Origin: Elusimicrobiota bacterium
Lineage (GTDB): Bacteria > CG03 > SLGR01 > JBDRKX01
Length of the DNA: 10,184 nt
NCBI GenBank assembly: GCA_043813605.1
Contig: JBDRKX010000099.1
Coordinates: forward strand, 1 to 10,184
Direction: 5' to 3'
How positions within the stretch are numbered: the first letter of the stretch is position 1; each line of letters opens with the position of its first letter. The position numbers and the translations under genes are program-made. Of this stretch, positions 1-7,955 are shown one piece after another. The notes under the pieces were generated by a model. The model was not told the origin of the DNA, did not search any database, and saw only the letters and a list, made by a program, of their open reading frames with translations.

Positions 1-3000
1 AGTTTCTTATAGGTAAGCTGATTGTCACTCCGCCTACTGTCAATACAGAATTGCCTCAGGAAGAATATCTTGGCAGGACAAATCAGGTTGTGAATAACGC
101 GGTATTGAACAAATGGCGCAAGTATGGAGTGAGGAAAGTCGAACTGGCTGATTTTAACAATTGGGACACCGGAAGGACTATTAATGATCAAACCATACAT
201 ATGACTCTGAACAAAGACAATATCTCTTCACAGATGGACGCAGTTTTCGAGGTATTCAAGATACTCCGTTCTCAACAGCATATAACTTCGGAAGCAGCAA
301 GAGATTATTTTGATACATTGTTTTTCAAGGGGACACGCAAATACGATCTGACTAAAGTAGGCAGATTTAAATTGAACAAGAAACTCGGCCTGATATATAA
401 GGAAAGTAAAATGCCTGTTCCTGAAGTGAATAAACGGAATATCGTTCCTTCAGACGTTATCTGCACCATGAAATATCTTATAGATCTCAACAATGGTGTC
501 AGAGGTGAAGTAGACGATATCGATCATCTGGGAAACCGGCGTGTCAGAACAGTGGGCGAGCAGCTTGAAAACCAGCTCCGTCGCGGTGTCTCTCATCTTG
601 CACGGCTTATTCGCAGTAAGATGAACCTGATATCACATGAAGATGCAACCCCGTCAGGCCTGATAAATCCTGTCCCTATTGCGGCAGCGATCAATAAATT
701 CTTTGGTACCGGTGAGCTGTCTCAGTTTATGGCACAGACCAACCCGCTGGCTGAACTTACGCATAAAAGACGCACTTCCGCTCTTGGCCCGGGTGGATTG
801 AACAGGAAGAGAGCAGGATTCGAAGTCAGGGATGTTCATCATACTCATTACGGAAGGATATGCCCGATAGAAACGCCGGAAGGGGCAAATATAGGTTTAA
901 GGACGTCTCTTTCCATATATGCCAGGATCAATAAATACGGTTTGATAGAAACCCCATACAGGAAAATAGAAAACGGCAAAGTGACAGGAAAGATAGAATA
1001 TCTTACTGCAGATGTGGAAGATGAACACATAGTAGCTCCAGCAGGTATAAAAATAGACGAGGAAGGGGATCTGCCGAGTAGCTTGATCATTGCAAGGCAT
1101 AAGGGAACATTTCCCATGGTAAAGAAGGACCAGATAGATTATATGGATATTTCAGCCAGGCAGATGGTGGGTGCTTCAGCCGGCTTGATACCGTTTTTGG
1201 AACATGATGATGCCAACAGGGCACTTATGGGTTCTAATATGCAGAGACAGGCTTTGCCGCTGATGATAACCGAACCTCCGATAATATCTACCGGCATGGA
1301 AGATATAGTGGCTAAAAACACCGGTGCTCTGGTAGCAGCCAAGAGGGCTGGAGAAGTGATATATGTGGACGGCTGCCAGGTTGTTGTCTGGCACAAAGAT
1401 GATAGTAATAAAAAGACCGGGATAAGCCCGGAATCAATAGATATATATGAACTAAAAAAATACATGAGGAGCAATCAGGATACAAATTACAATCAGATAC
1501 CCATAGTCTCAAAAGGCGATACAGTTAAAAAGGGGGATATACTTGCAGACGGCCCTGCGACAGCAAACGGGCAACTTGCACTGGGCAGAAATCTTCTTGT
1601 CGCTTTTATGTCATGGGAAGGATATAATTTTGAGGATGCTGTACTGATCTCTGACAGGCTCGTTAAAGATGATGTATTTACATCAATTCATAGACCTGTG
1701 GAAGAGATAGAAGCCAGGGACCTGAAAATGGGCAGCGAAGAGATAACCAGAGACATTCCGAATGTCAGCCAGCAGAAGTTAGGGAATCTTGACGAGAACG
1801 GCGTTATCCGTGTCGGGGCCTTCATCAGACCTAAAGATATACTTGTCGGCAAAGTTACTCCCAAAGGAAGGACACGATATACGCCTGAAGTAAGGCTTCT
1901 TAAGACTATATTCGGAAAGAAAGCTGAAGAAACGAAAGATACATCTCTTCGGGTACCGCCGGGTATTGAAGGTAAAATAATAAGAGTCGAAGTTTTTGAG
2001 AGAAGAGGGAGTTTTACCAAGAAAAAAAGGCTTACTAATATAAACGATATAGAAGATAAATATAAGGTGCAGATAGATGAACTGCGAAAAGAAAGAAATA
2101 CCAAGAACCGCAGTCTCATGAATGAGTACAATAATAAGGAGATATCAAAAGAAGAATATAATGCTGCTAAAGAGCGTAACGATGCCCTTACCCAGGCATT
2201 TATAATGAAACTCGAAAATGAAAAACAGCATGCTCTTTATGTAGTAGACAGGGGGGATGAACTGCCGGTGATGGTCTCGAAAAAAGTCAAAGTATATATT
2301 TCATGTCTCAGAAAAATATCAGTTGGGGATAAAGTGGCAGGAAGACATGGGAATAAAGGTGTAATATCAAGGATACTTCCTGAACAGGATATGCCTTATA
2401 CCGAAGACGGCAGACCGATTGATGTGATACTCAATCCGCTCGGTGTCCCTTCAAGAATGAATGTGGGACAGATACTTGAAACCCATCTTGGCTGGGCGGC
2501 AAAAAAGGAGAATATTCAGATAGTTACACCTGTTTTCGATGGCGCGACTGAAGATGATATAAAAAAAATGCTGGAAAAGAACAAGATGCCGTCAACAGGC
2601 CGGGCGCGTCTCTATGATGGCAGAACAGGCGATGTTTTAGGCGATAATATTACAATAGGCTATATGTATGTACTTAAACTGGAACATATGGCAGAAGACA
2701 GAGTGCATGCAAGGTCTACCGGGCCGTATTCACTGATAACCAGACAGCCTCTCGGGGGGAAAGCTATGTTCGGCGGTCAGAGATTCGGAGAGATGGAAGT
2801 ATGGGCCATGGAAGGGTATGGAGCGGCATATCTGCTCCAGGAGCTGCTGACATATAAAAGTGATGATGTAAAAGCAAGGACAGCCGTACACGAAGCCATT
2901 ATCAAGGGGGACGAGATTGGTAAACCGGGAATTCCTGAATCTTTCAGGGTTCTTATAAAAGAACTACAGGGTCTAGGAATGAAGGTTTTGCTGGAAAACA

Positions 3001-3017
3001 GGAAAGAAAATGAATAA
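1..3017 (+). CDS. rpoB: DNA-directed RNA polymerase subunit beta (5'-truncated by window edge)
   Basis: The frame is open from position 3 (FLIGKLIVTPPTVNTELPQ...), so TTG at 51 is not the true start. Hallmark motifs: DDIDHLGNRRVR, LSQFMxQTNPLAELTHKRR, RDVHHTHYGRICPIETPEG, EHDDANRALMGSNMQRQ, GDKVAGRHGNKG, NPLGVPSRMNVGQ, GGQRFGEMEVWA. Stop TAA at 3015-3017. Confidence 0.99.
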   Translation, partial: FLIGKLIVTPPTVNTELPQEEYLGRTNQVVNNAVLNKWRKYGVRKVELADFNNWDTGRTINDQTIHMTLNKDNISSQMDAVFEVFKILRSQQHITSEAARDYFDTLFFKGTRKYDLTKVGRFKLNKKLGLIYKESKMPVPEVNKRNIVPSDVICTMKYLIDLNNGVRGEVDDIDHLGNRRVRTVGEQLENQLRRGVSHLARLIRSKMNLISHEDATPSGLINPVPIAAAINKFFGTGELSQFMAQTNPLAELTHKRRTSALGPGGLNRKRAGFEVRDVHHTHYGRICPIETPEGANIGLRTSLSIYARINKYGLIETPYRKIENGKVTGKIEYLTADVEDEHIVAPAGIKIDEEGDLPSSLIIARHKGTFPMVKKDQIDYMDISARQMVGASAGLIPFLEHDDANRALMGSNMQRQALPLMITEPPIISTGMEDIVAKNTGALVAAKRAGEVIYVDGCQVVVWHKDDSNKKTGISPESIDIYELKKYMRSNQDTNYNQIPIVSKGDTVKKGDILADGPATANGQLALGRNLLVAFMSWEGYNFEDAVLISDRLVKDDVFTSIHRPVEEIEARDLKMGSEEITRDIPNVSQQKLGNLDENGVIRVGAFIRPKDILVGKVTPKGRTRYTPEVRLLKTIFGKKAEETKDTSLRVPPGIEGKIIRVEVFERRGSFTKKKRLTNINDIEDKYKVQIDELRKERNTKNRSLMNEYNNKEISKEEYNAAKERNDALTQAFIMKLENEKQHALYVVDRGDELPVMVSKKVKVYISCLRKISVGDKVAGRHGNKGVISRILPEQDMPYTEDGRPIDVILNPLGVPSRMNVGQILETHLGWAAKKENIQIVTPVFDGATEDDIKKMLEKNKMPSTGRARLYDGRTGDVLGDNITIGYMYVLKLEHMAEDRVHARSTGPYSLITRQPLGGKAMFGGQRFGEMEVWAMEGYGAAYLLQELLTYKSDDVKARTAVHEAIIKGDEIGKPGIPESFRVLIKELQGLGMKVLLENRKENE
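3000..3003 (+). promoter_or_regulatory. Putative Shine-Dalgarno (AGGA) for rpoC, inside the rpoB 3' end
   Basis: AGGA with a 6-nt spacer before ATG 3010. Confidence 0.5.
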
Positions 3018-6000
3018 AAATACAGTTGAAGAATTGAATTACGGCAATTTCAACTCAATTAAGCTGATGATAGCATCTCCCGAAGATATAAGGAGATGGT
3101 CATTCGGAGAAGTAAAGAAACCGGAAACAATAAATTACCGTACTTTTAAAGCTGAAAGAGACGGTCTTTTTTGTGAGCGGATATTCGGACCGATGAGGGA
3201 TTATGAATGTAACTGCGGCAGATACAAGTATCCAAGGCATAAAGGTGTTGTATGCGAGCGTTGCGGGGTAGAAGTAACAGAGAAAGAAGTCCGCAGGGAA
3301 AGAATGGGCCATATAGAACTTGCCGTTCCTATCGCACATATATGGTATGTGCGTAAACCCCCGTCAAGGATAGGTATGATACTGGATCTTAAAAGATCAG
3401 ATGTAGAGAAGATAGTATATTATGCCGCTTATATAATAACTAAAGTTATAGACAAGGACATTAAACTCGATAATAGGAAGATAAAGGTGGGAGACCTTAT
3501 TTCAATAGAAGACTACCAGGCACTCTTTGATGAATACGGCACTGATTTTGAAGCACAAATAGGCGGCGAGGCCATATATGCACTGCTTGAAAAAGTAGAT
3601 TTGAAGAAGACAGCAAAGGATATACGTAAAAAGCTTGAATCGGATAAGGGTGGACAGGGCCAGAGACGGCACTGGCGCCGCAGGCTGAAAGTAGTTGAGG
3701 ATTTTCTTAAATCCAATAATAAACCCGAAACCATGCTCATGACATGTGTGCCGGTGATCCCTCCGGATCTAAGGCCGCTTGTCCCGCTTAAAGGCGGCAA
3801 GTTTGCAAGTTCAGACCTCAATGACCTTTACAGGAGAATAATTAACCGCAATAACCGTCTTAAACAGATATCCGAGATGGGAGCGCCTACCGTTATGCTT
3901 CATAATGAAAAAAGACTTCTTCAGGAAGCTTGTGATGCTTTGATACAGAACGGTGCCAGAGGTAAAATAGTGACAGGTACGGGAAATCGTCCGCTCAAAT
4001 CTCTTTCAGATACGATAAAAGGAAAACAGGGAAGATTCAGAAGGAATTTACTGGGTAAGAGGGTGGATTATTCCGGCCGTTCTGTGATCGTAGTAGGTCC
4101 GTCTCTTACATTAAACCAATGCGGACTTCCGAAAGAAATGGCACTTGAACTTTATAAACCTTTCATATTAAGAGATATCCTGAAAAAAGGTTTTGCATCA
4201 AATCTGAAGACCGCAAGGCCGATATTAGAAGCTAAGGGCCCGGAAATATTTGATATTCTTGAAGAGATAATCAAAGAACATCCTGTTCTTCTGAACAGGG
4301 CTCCTACACTGCACAGACTTGGTATCCAGGCTTTTGAACCTGTCCTCATAGAGGGAAAAGCAATACAGCTGCATCCTCTTGTGACAGCAGCTTTCAATGC
4401 TGACTTCGACGGTGATCAGATGGCCGTTCATGTTCCGTTATCACCTGAAGCATGTATCGAGGCCAAGGTACTAGTACTGGCTCCGAACAATGTTATATCG
4501 CCGTCTAACGGCAATTCGATAGTTACGCCCAGTCAGGATATCATAATGGGTCTTAATTATCTGACAAAGATAAAAAGAGGTGTGCAGGGAGAGGGAACGA
4601 TCTTTTCGTCTCTTGAAGAAGCAGAGCTTGCCGCACAGATGAACGAGATCGACTTGCATGCGAGGATAAAAGTAAAGAATGTCAATAAGATAAAAGAAGA
4701 AGAATCATGGACAGAGAAAAACTACAAAGATTGCGACAACTGGAAAGATTACACATCGGTCGGAAGAGTAGTATTCAACAGTTATCTTCCTGATGAATAT
4801 GAATTCATCAACAGGGAAATAACAAAGAAAGCAATGACTGAAATCGTCGAGGATTGCTACTGGGAAAGAGGTAAGTACAGAACTGTAATACTCCTTGATA
4901 ATGTAAAAAAACTGGGCTATAAATATGCGACATTAAGCGGACTTTCTCTTTGCATAGATGACATGCATGTACCGACCAATAAAGAAGACCTGATAAAAAA
5001 AGCCGAAGAAAAGGTGAAGAATGTAGAAAACAACTATAACAAGGGTATAATAACCAATATAGAAAGATACAACAACATAATTGATATATGGAGTCATGTG
5101 GCAGAAAAGATCGCAGATACCATGCTCGAAGAAATTAAAGAGGAAGACTCCAAAGTATATTCCGGACATGGCCCCAAGTTTAATCCTGTTCAGCTCATGG
5201 CGACATCAGGTGCAAGAGGTTCTATGGATCAGGTCAGGCAGCTGGGTGGTATGAGAGGATTGATGTCCAGGCCGCAGAAAAAAGTGACCGGAGCGACTGG
5301 TGAGATCATTGAATCGCCTATTAAATCAAATTTCAGGGAAGGATTGACTGTCCTCGAATATTTCATATCTACACACGGTGGCCGTAAGGGACTTGCCGAC
5401 ACAGCGCTAAAAACAGCGGATGCCGGATACCTTACAAGAAGATTGGTTGATGTGGCTCACAATATTGTTGTAGTCGAAGCAGACTGCAACACTGTCAATG
5501 GAATAAGAGTCGGTGCGATGAAAGAAGGTAATGAGATAATCGAGAGTTTTGCCAACAGGATAGCGGGCAGGGTCAGCCTTCAGAGCATTGTCGATCCGGT
5601 TACAGACGAATTGCTTGTTAAGGAAGGAGAACTGATCACTCACAAAGTTGCAAAAAAGATCGAGCAGAGTGAAATAACAAATATAAGAATACGGTCAGCT
5701 CTGACATGTGAGACAAAAAACGGGATATGCAGTATGTGTTACGGTACGGATCTTTCAACAGGAAAATATGCGAGACCAGGTCTGGCAGTCGGGATCATTG
5801 CTGCTCAGTCAATTGGTGAGCCTGGTACACAGCTGACTCTCAGGACCTTCCATATAGGCGGTACAGCATCAAGAGTTGTCCAGCGGTCTTCCATTATCTC
5901 ACACCATGACGGGGATGTAGAATTTGCCGGAGTGCGTACTATTAAGAACCGCAAAGAGGAATATATCAATATCTCAAGAAAAGGAAAGGTGTTGATCCGA

Positions 6001-7113
6001 AAGAACGGTAAGACCGTAGATGAATATGATTTGCGATACGGTTCCAGGCTTTATGTACGACCGCTAAAAAAGAGTCAGCCTATCAAGCGTGGTGAAATTA
6101 TAGCTGAGTGGGATCCCTTTTCCTTGCCCATCATTTCTGAAGTTGATGGTAAAGCAAAATTGAAAGATATCATTGAGGGAATAACAGCTAAGGAGGAGGT
6201 TAACCAGGCTACCGGTAAAACAGAAAGGGTTGTAATCCCTTATAAATCCCCGAATCTGCACCCGCTTATCGAAGTTCATACGTCGGGAAATATAAAGAAT
6301 AATTATCCGCTTCCTGTCGATACACATCTAGTAGTATTGGAGAAGGCGGATGTGAAAGCGGGAGATATCCTGGCCAAGATACCGCAGGAAGTGATAAAGA
6401 CCAGAGATATTACCGGAGGATTGCCCAGAGTTACAGAGCTTTTTGAAGCCCGCAAACCCAAGAACAGTGCTATTATCACGGAAGTAGACGGGATAGTAAG
6501 GCTGGGGATGACAGAAAAAGGCGCTTTTAAGGTTATAGTTGAAAGTGAGAAAACAGAGCCGCGTATTTACATAATGCCGCCGGGAAAACATCTTGTAGTA
6601 TACGAGGGGGACCGGGTATATGCCGGTGAACCTCTTACAGACGGGCCTATTAATCCGCATGATATGCTCATGGTAAAAGGAGAAAAGGAAGTACAGGAAT
6701 ACCTTGTTAATGAGGTACAGGGTGTTTACAGACTGCAGGGTGTTAGGATAAACGATAAGCATATTGAGATTATTGTAAGGCAGATGCTTTCATTTGTGCA
6801 GATAGTTAGCAGTGGAGATACAACCTTACTTGAAAAAGAAATAGTGAAAAAAAGCACTGTCGATAGGATAAATAAGGAAGTAGAGTTAAAGGGAAAACGC
6901 CCGGGCAAGTATATATCTAAGCTGCTTGGTATTGCAAAAGCATCTCTTGCCGGCGAAAGTTTTATATCGGCTGCTTCTTTCCAGGAGACCACAAGGATAT
7001 TGACTGAAGCTGCTGTCGCCGGACAGGTGGATTATCTTAAGGGGCTGAAAGAAAACGTGATTATAGGCAAACTGATTCCGGTGGGAACTGGGTTTAGTGA
7101 GAAGAAGGAATAA
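3010..7113 (+). CDS. rpoC: DNA-directed RNA polymerase subunit beta' (1367 aa)
   Basis: [10 protein letters not shown]-terminal Zn site CNC...CERC, catalytic NADFDGD (4396-4416), bridge helix [17 protein letters not shown], second Zn site (DC...C..C..C), trigger loop [13 protein letters not shown] and C-terminal [17 protein letters not shown]. Overlaps rpoB by 8 nt. Confidence 0.99.
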   Translation: MNKNTVEELNYGNFNSIKLMIASPEDIRRWSFGEVKKPETINYRTFKAERDGLFCERIFGPMRDYECNCGRYKYPRHKGVVCERCGVEVTEKEVRRERMGHIELAVPIAHIWYVRKPPSRIGMILDLKRSDVEKIVYYAAYIITKVIDKDIKLDNRKIKVGDLISIEDYQALFDEYGTDFEAQIGGEAIYALLEKVDLKKTAKDIRKKLESDKGGQGQRRHWRRRLKVVEDFLKSNNKPETMLMTCVPVIPPDLRPLVPLKGGKFASSDLNDLYRRIINRNNRLKQISEMGAPTVMLHNEKRLLQEACDALIQNGARGKIVTGTGNRPLKSLSDTIKGKQGRFRRNLLGKRVDYSGRSVIVVGPSLTLNQCGLPKEMALELYKPFILRDILKKGFASNLKTARPILEAKGPEIFDILEEIIKEHPVLLNRAPTLHRLGIQAFEPVLIEGKAIQLHPLVTAAFNADFDGDQMAVHVPLSPEACIEAKVLVLAPNNVISPSNGNSIVTPSQDIIMGLNYLTKIKRGVQGEGTIFSSLEEAELAAQMNEIDLHARIKVKNVNKIKEEESWTEKNYKDCDNWKDYTSVGRVVFNSYLPDEYEFINREITKKAMTEIVEDCYWERGKYRTVILLDNVKKLGYKYATLSGLSLCIDDMHVPTNKEDLIKKAEEKVKNVENNYNKGIITNIERYNNIIDIWSHVAEKIADTMLEEIKEEDSKVYSGHGPKFNPVQLMATSGARGSMDQVRQLGGMRGLMSRPQKKVTGATGEIIESPIKSNFREGLTVLEYFISTHGGRKGLADTALKTADAGYLTRRLVDVAHNIVVVEADCNTVNGIRVGAMKEGNEIIESFANRIAGRVSLQSIVDPVTDELLVKEGELITHKVAKKIEQSEITNIRIRSALTCETKNGICSMCYGTDLSTGKYARPGLAVGIIAAQSIGEPGTQLTLRTFHIGGTASRVVQRSSIISHHDGDVEFAGVRTIKNRKEEYINISRKGKVLIRKNGKTVDEYDLRYGSRLYVRPLKKSQPIKRGEIIAEWDPFSLPIISEVDGKAKLKDIIEGITAKEEVNQATGKTERVVIPYKSPNLHPLIEVHTSGNIKNNYPLPVDTHLVVLEKADVKAGDILAKIPQEVIKTRDITGGLPRVTELFEARKPKNSAIITEVDGIVRLGMTEKGAFKVIVESEKTEPRIYIMPPGKHLVVYEGDRVYAGEPLTDGPINPHDMLMVKGEKEVQEYLVNEVQGVYRLQGVRINDKHIEIIVRQMLSFVQIVSSGDTTLLEKEIVKKSTVDRINKEVELKGKRPGKYISKLLGIAKASLAGESFISAASFQETTRILTEAAVAGQVDYLKGLKENVIIGKLIPVGTGFSEKKE
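7105..7109 (+). promoter_or_regulatory. Putative Shine-Dalgarno (AAGGA) for rpsL, inside the rpoC 3' end
   Basis: AAGGA with a 7-nt spacer before ATG 7117. Confidence 0.6.
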
Positions 7114-7116
7114 AAT

Positions 7117-7485
7117 ATGCCGACAATAAATCAATTAATCAAACATGGAAGGAAAAAGCAGACCAAAAAATGCAAGATGCCTGCACTTAATAATTGTCCG
7201 CAGAAAAGAGGTGTATGTATAAGAGTATATACAACTACTCCCAAAAAGCCTAATTCTGCTCTCAGAAAAGTTGCAAGGGTCAAATTGACAAGCGGGATAG
7301 ACGTTACTGCATATATTCCGGGTGAAGGGCATAACCTTCAGGAGCATTCGATAGTAATGATACGCGGCGGCCGTGTAAAGGATCTGCCTGGTGTACGGTA
7401 TCATATTATAAGGGGAACTCTTGATACGGTAGGCGTCAGCGGAAGAAAGAAGAGTCGTTCAAAATACGGAGAAAAACGCACATGA
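7117..7485 (+). CDS. rpsL: 30S ribosomal protein S12 (uS12)
   Basis: MPTINQL start, [45 protein letters not shown] and RSKYG motifs. Stop TGA. Confidence 0.99.
   Translation: MPTINQLIKHGRKKQTKKCKMPALNNCPQKRGVCIRVYTTTPKKPNSALRKVARVKLTSGIDVTAYIPGEGHNLQEHSIVMIRGGRVKDLPGVRYHIIRGTLDTVGVSGRKKSRSKYGEKRT
7468..7471 (+). promoter_or_regulatory. Putative Shine-Dalgarno (GGAG) for rpsG, inside the rpsL 3' end
   Basis: GGAG with a 10-nt spacer before ATG 7482. Confidence 0.45.
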
Positions 7486-7955
7486 GCCGAAAGTTAAAAA
7501 ATTTACAGAATAAGAAAAATGACCGGGATATCAGGTATAACAGTGAAATTATAGAGATGCTGGTAAAAAAACTGATGTGGGACGGAAAAAAGAGTGTAGC
7601 GTATAAAATATGTTACGATGCATTGGATAGAGCGTCAAAAAAACTGAATTGTACGCCGATTGAGGCTTTTGATAAGGCCATCGAAAAAGTAAAACCGATC
7701 CTTGAAGTGAAATCTCGCAGGGTTGGTGGAGCAACATATCAGGTGCCTGTGGAAGTAACATGGAAAAGAAGCACGGTACTGGCAATAAGGTGGCTGGTCG
7801 ATTTTTCCCGCGCAAAAAAGGGGAAGTCCATGAGTGTAAAGCTGTCAGATGAACTCATAGCAGCTGCAAAGGGAGAAGGTGTGGCCGTTAAAAAAAGAGA
7901 AGATACGCATAAAATGGCTGAAGCTAACAAGGCCTTTGCTCATTACCGGTGGTGA
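7482..7955 (+). CDS. rpsG: 30S ribosomal protein S7 (uS7)
   Basis: [30 protein letters not shown] and C-terminal [21 protein letters not shown]. Position between rpsL and fusA; ATGA overlap with the rpsL stop. Confidence 0.99.
   Translation: MSRKLKNLQNKKNDRDIRYNSEIIEMLVKKLMWDGKKSVAYKICYDALDRASKKLNCTPIEAFDKAIEKVKPILEVKSRRVGGATYQVPVEVTWKRSTVLAIRWLVDFSRAKKGKSMSVKLSDELIAAAKGEGVAVKKREDTHKMAEANKAFAHYRW

Noticed and set aside
51..53. TTG start for RpoB given by the ORF track
   Set aside because: The frame is open back to position 3 and the N-terminal RpoB domains are missing, so the real start is upstream of the window.
1680..1720. TSIHRPVEEIEAR in place of the usual TSIHIEExExEAR, a possible compensated frameshift
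   Set aside because: The length matches the consensus and the flanks are in frame, so plain substitution explains it.
4468..4477. Perfect palindrome GTACTAGTAC resembling a TrpR operator core
   Set aside because: It is mid-rpoC, and 10-bp palindromes are expected by chance in 10 kb.
1..7113. Inteins or introns in rpoB/rpoC
   Set aside because: All insertions map to known lineage-specific insertion sites. No splicing or homing-endonuclease motifs are present and the lengths are normal.
7117..7485. Streptomycin-resistance alleles in S12
   Set aside because: K42 (PKKPNS), K87 and P90 (RVKDLPG) are wild type.
7483..7955. Alternative genetic code (TGA recoding)
   Set aside because: TGA ends rpsL and rpsG at the expected C-termini, and no in-frame TGA interrupts the long ORFs.
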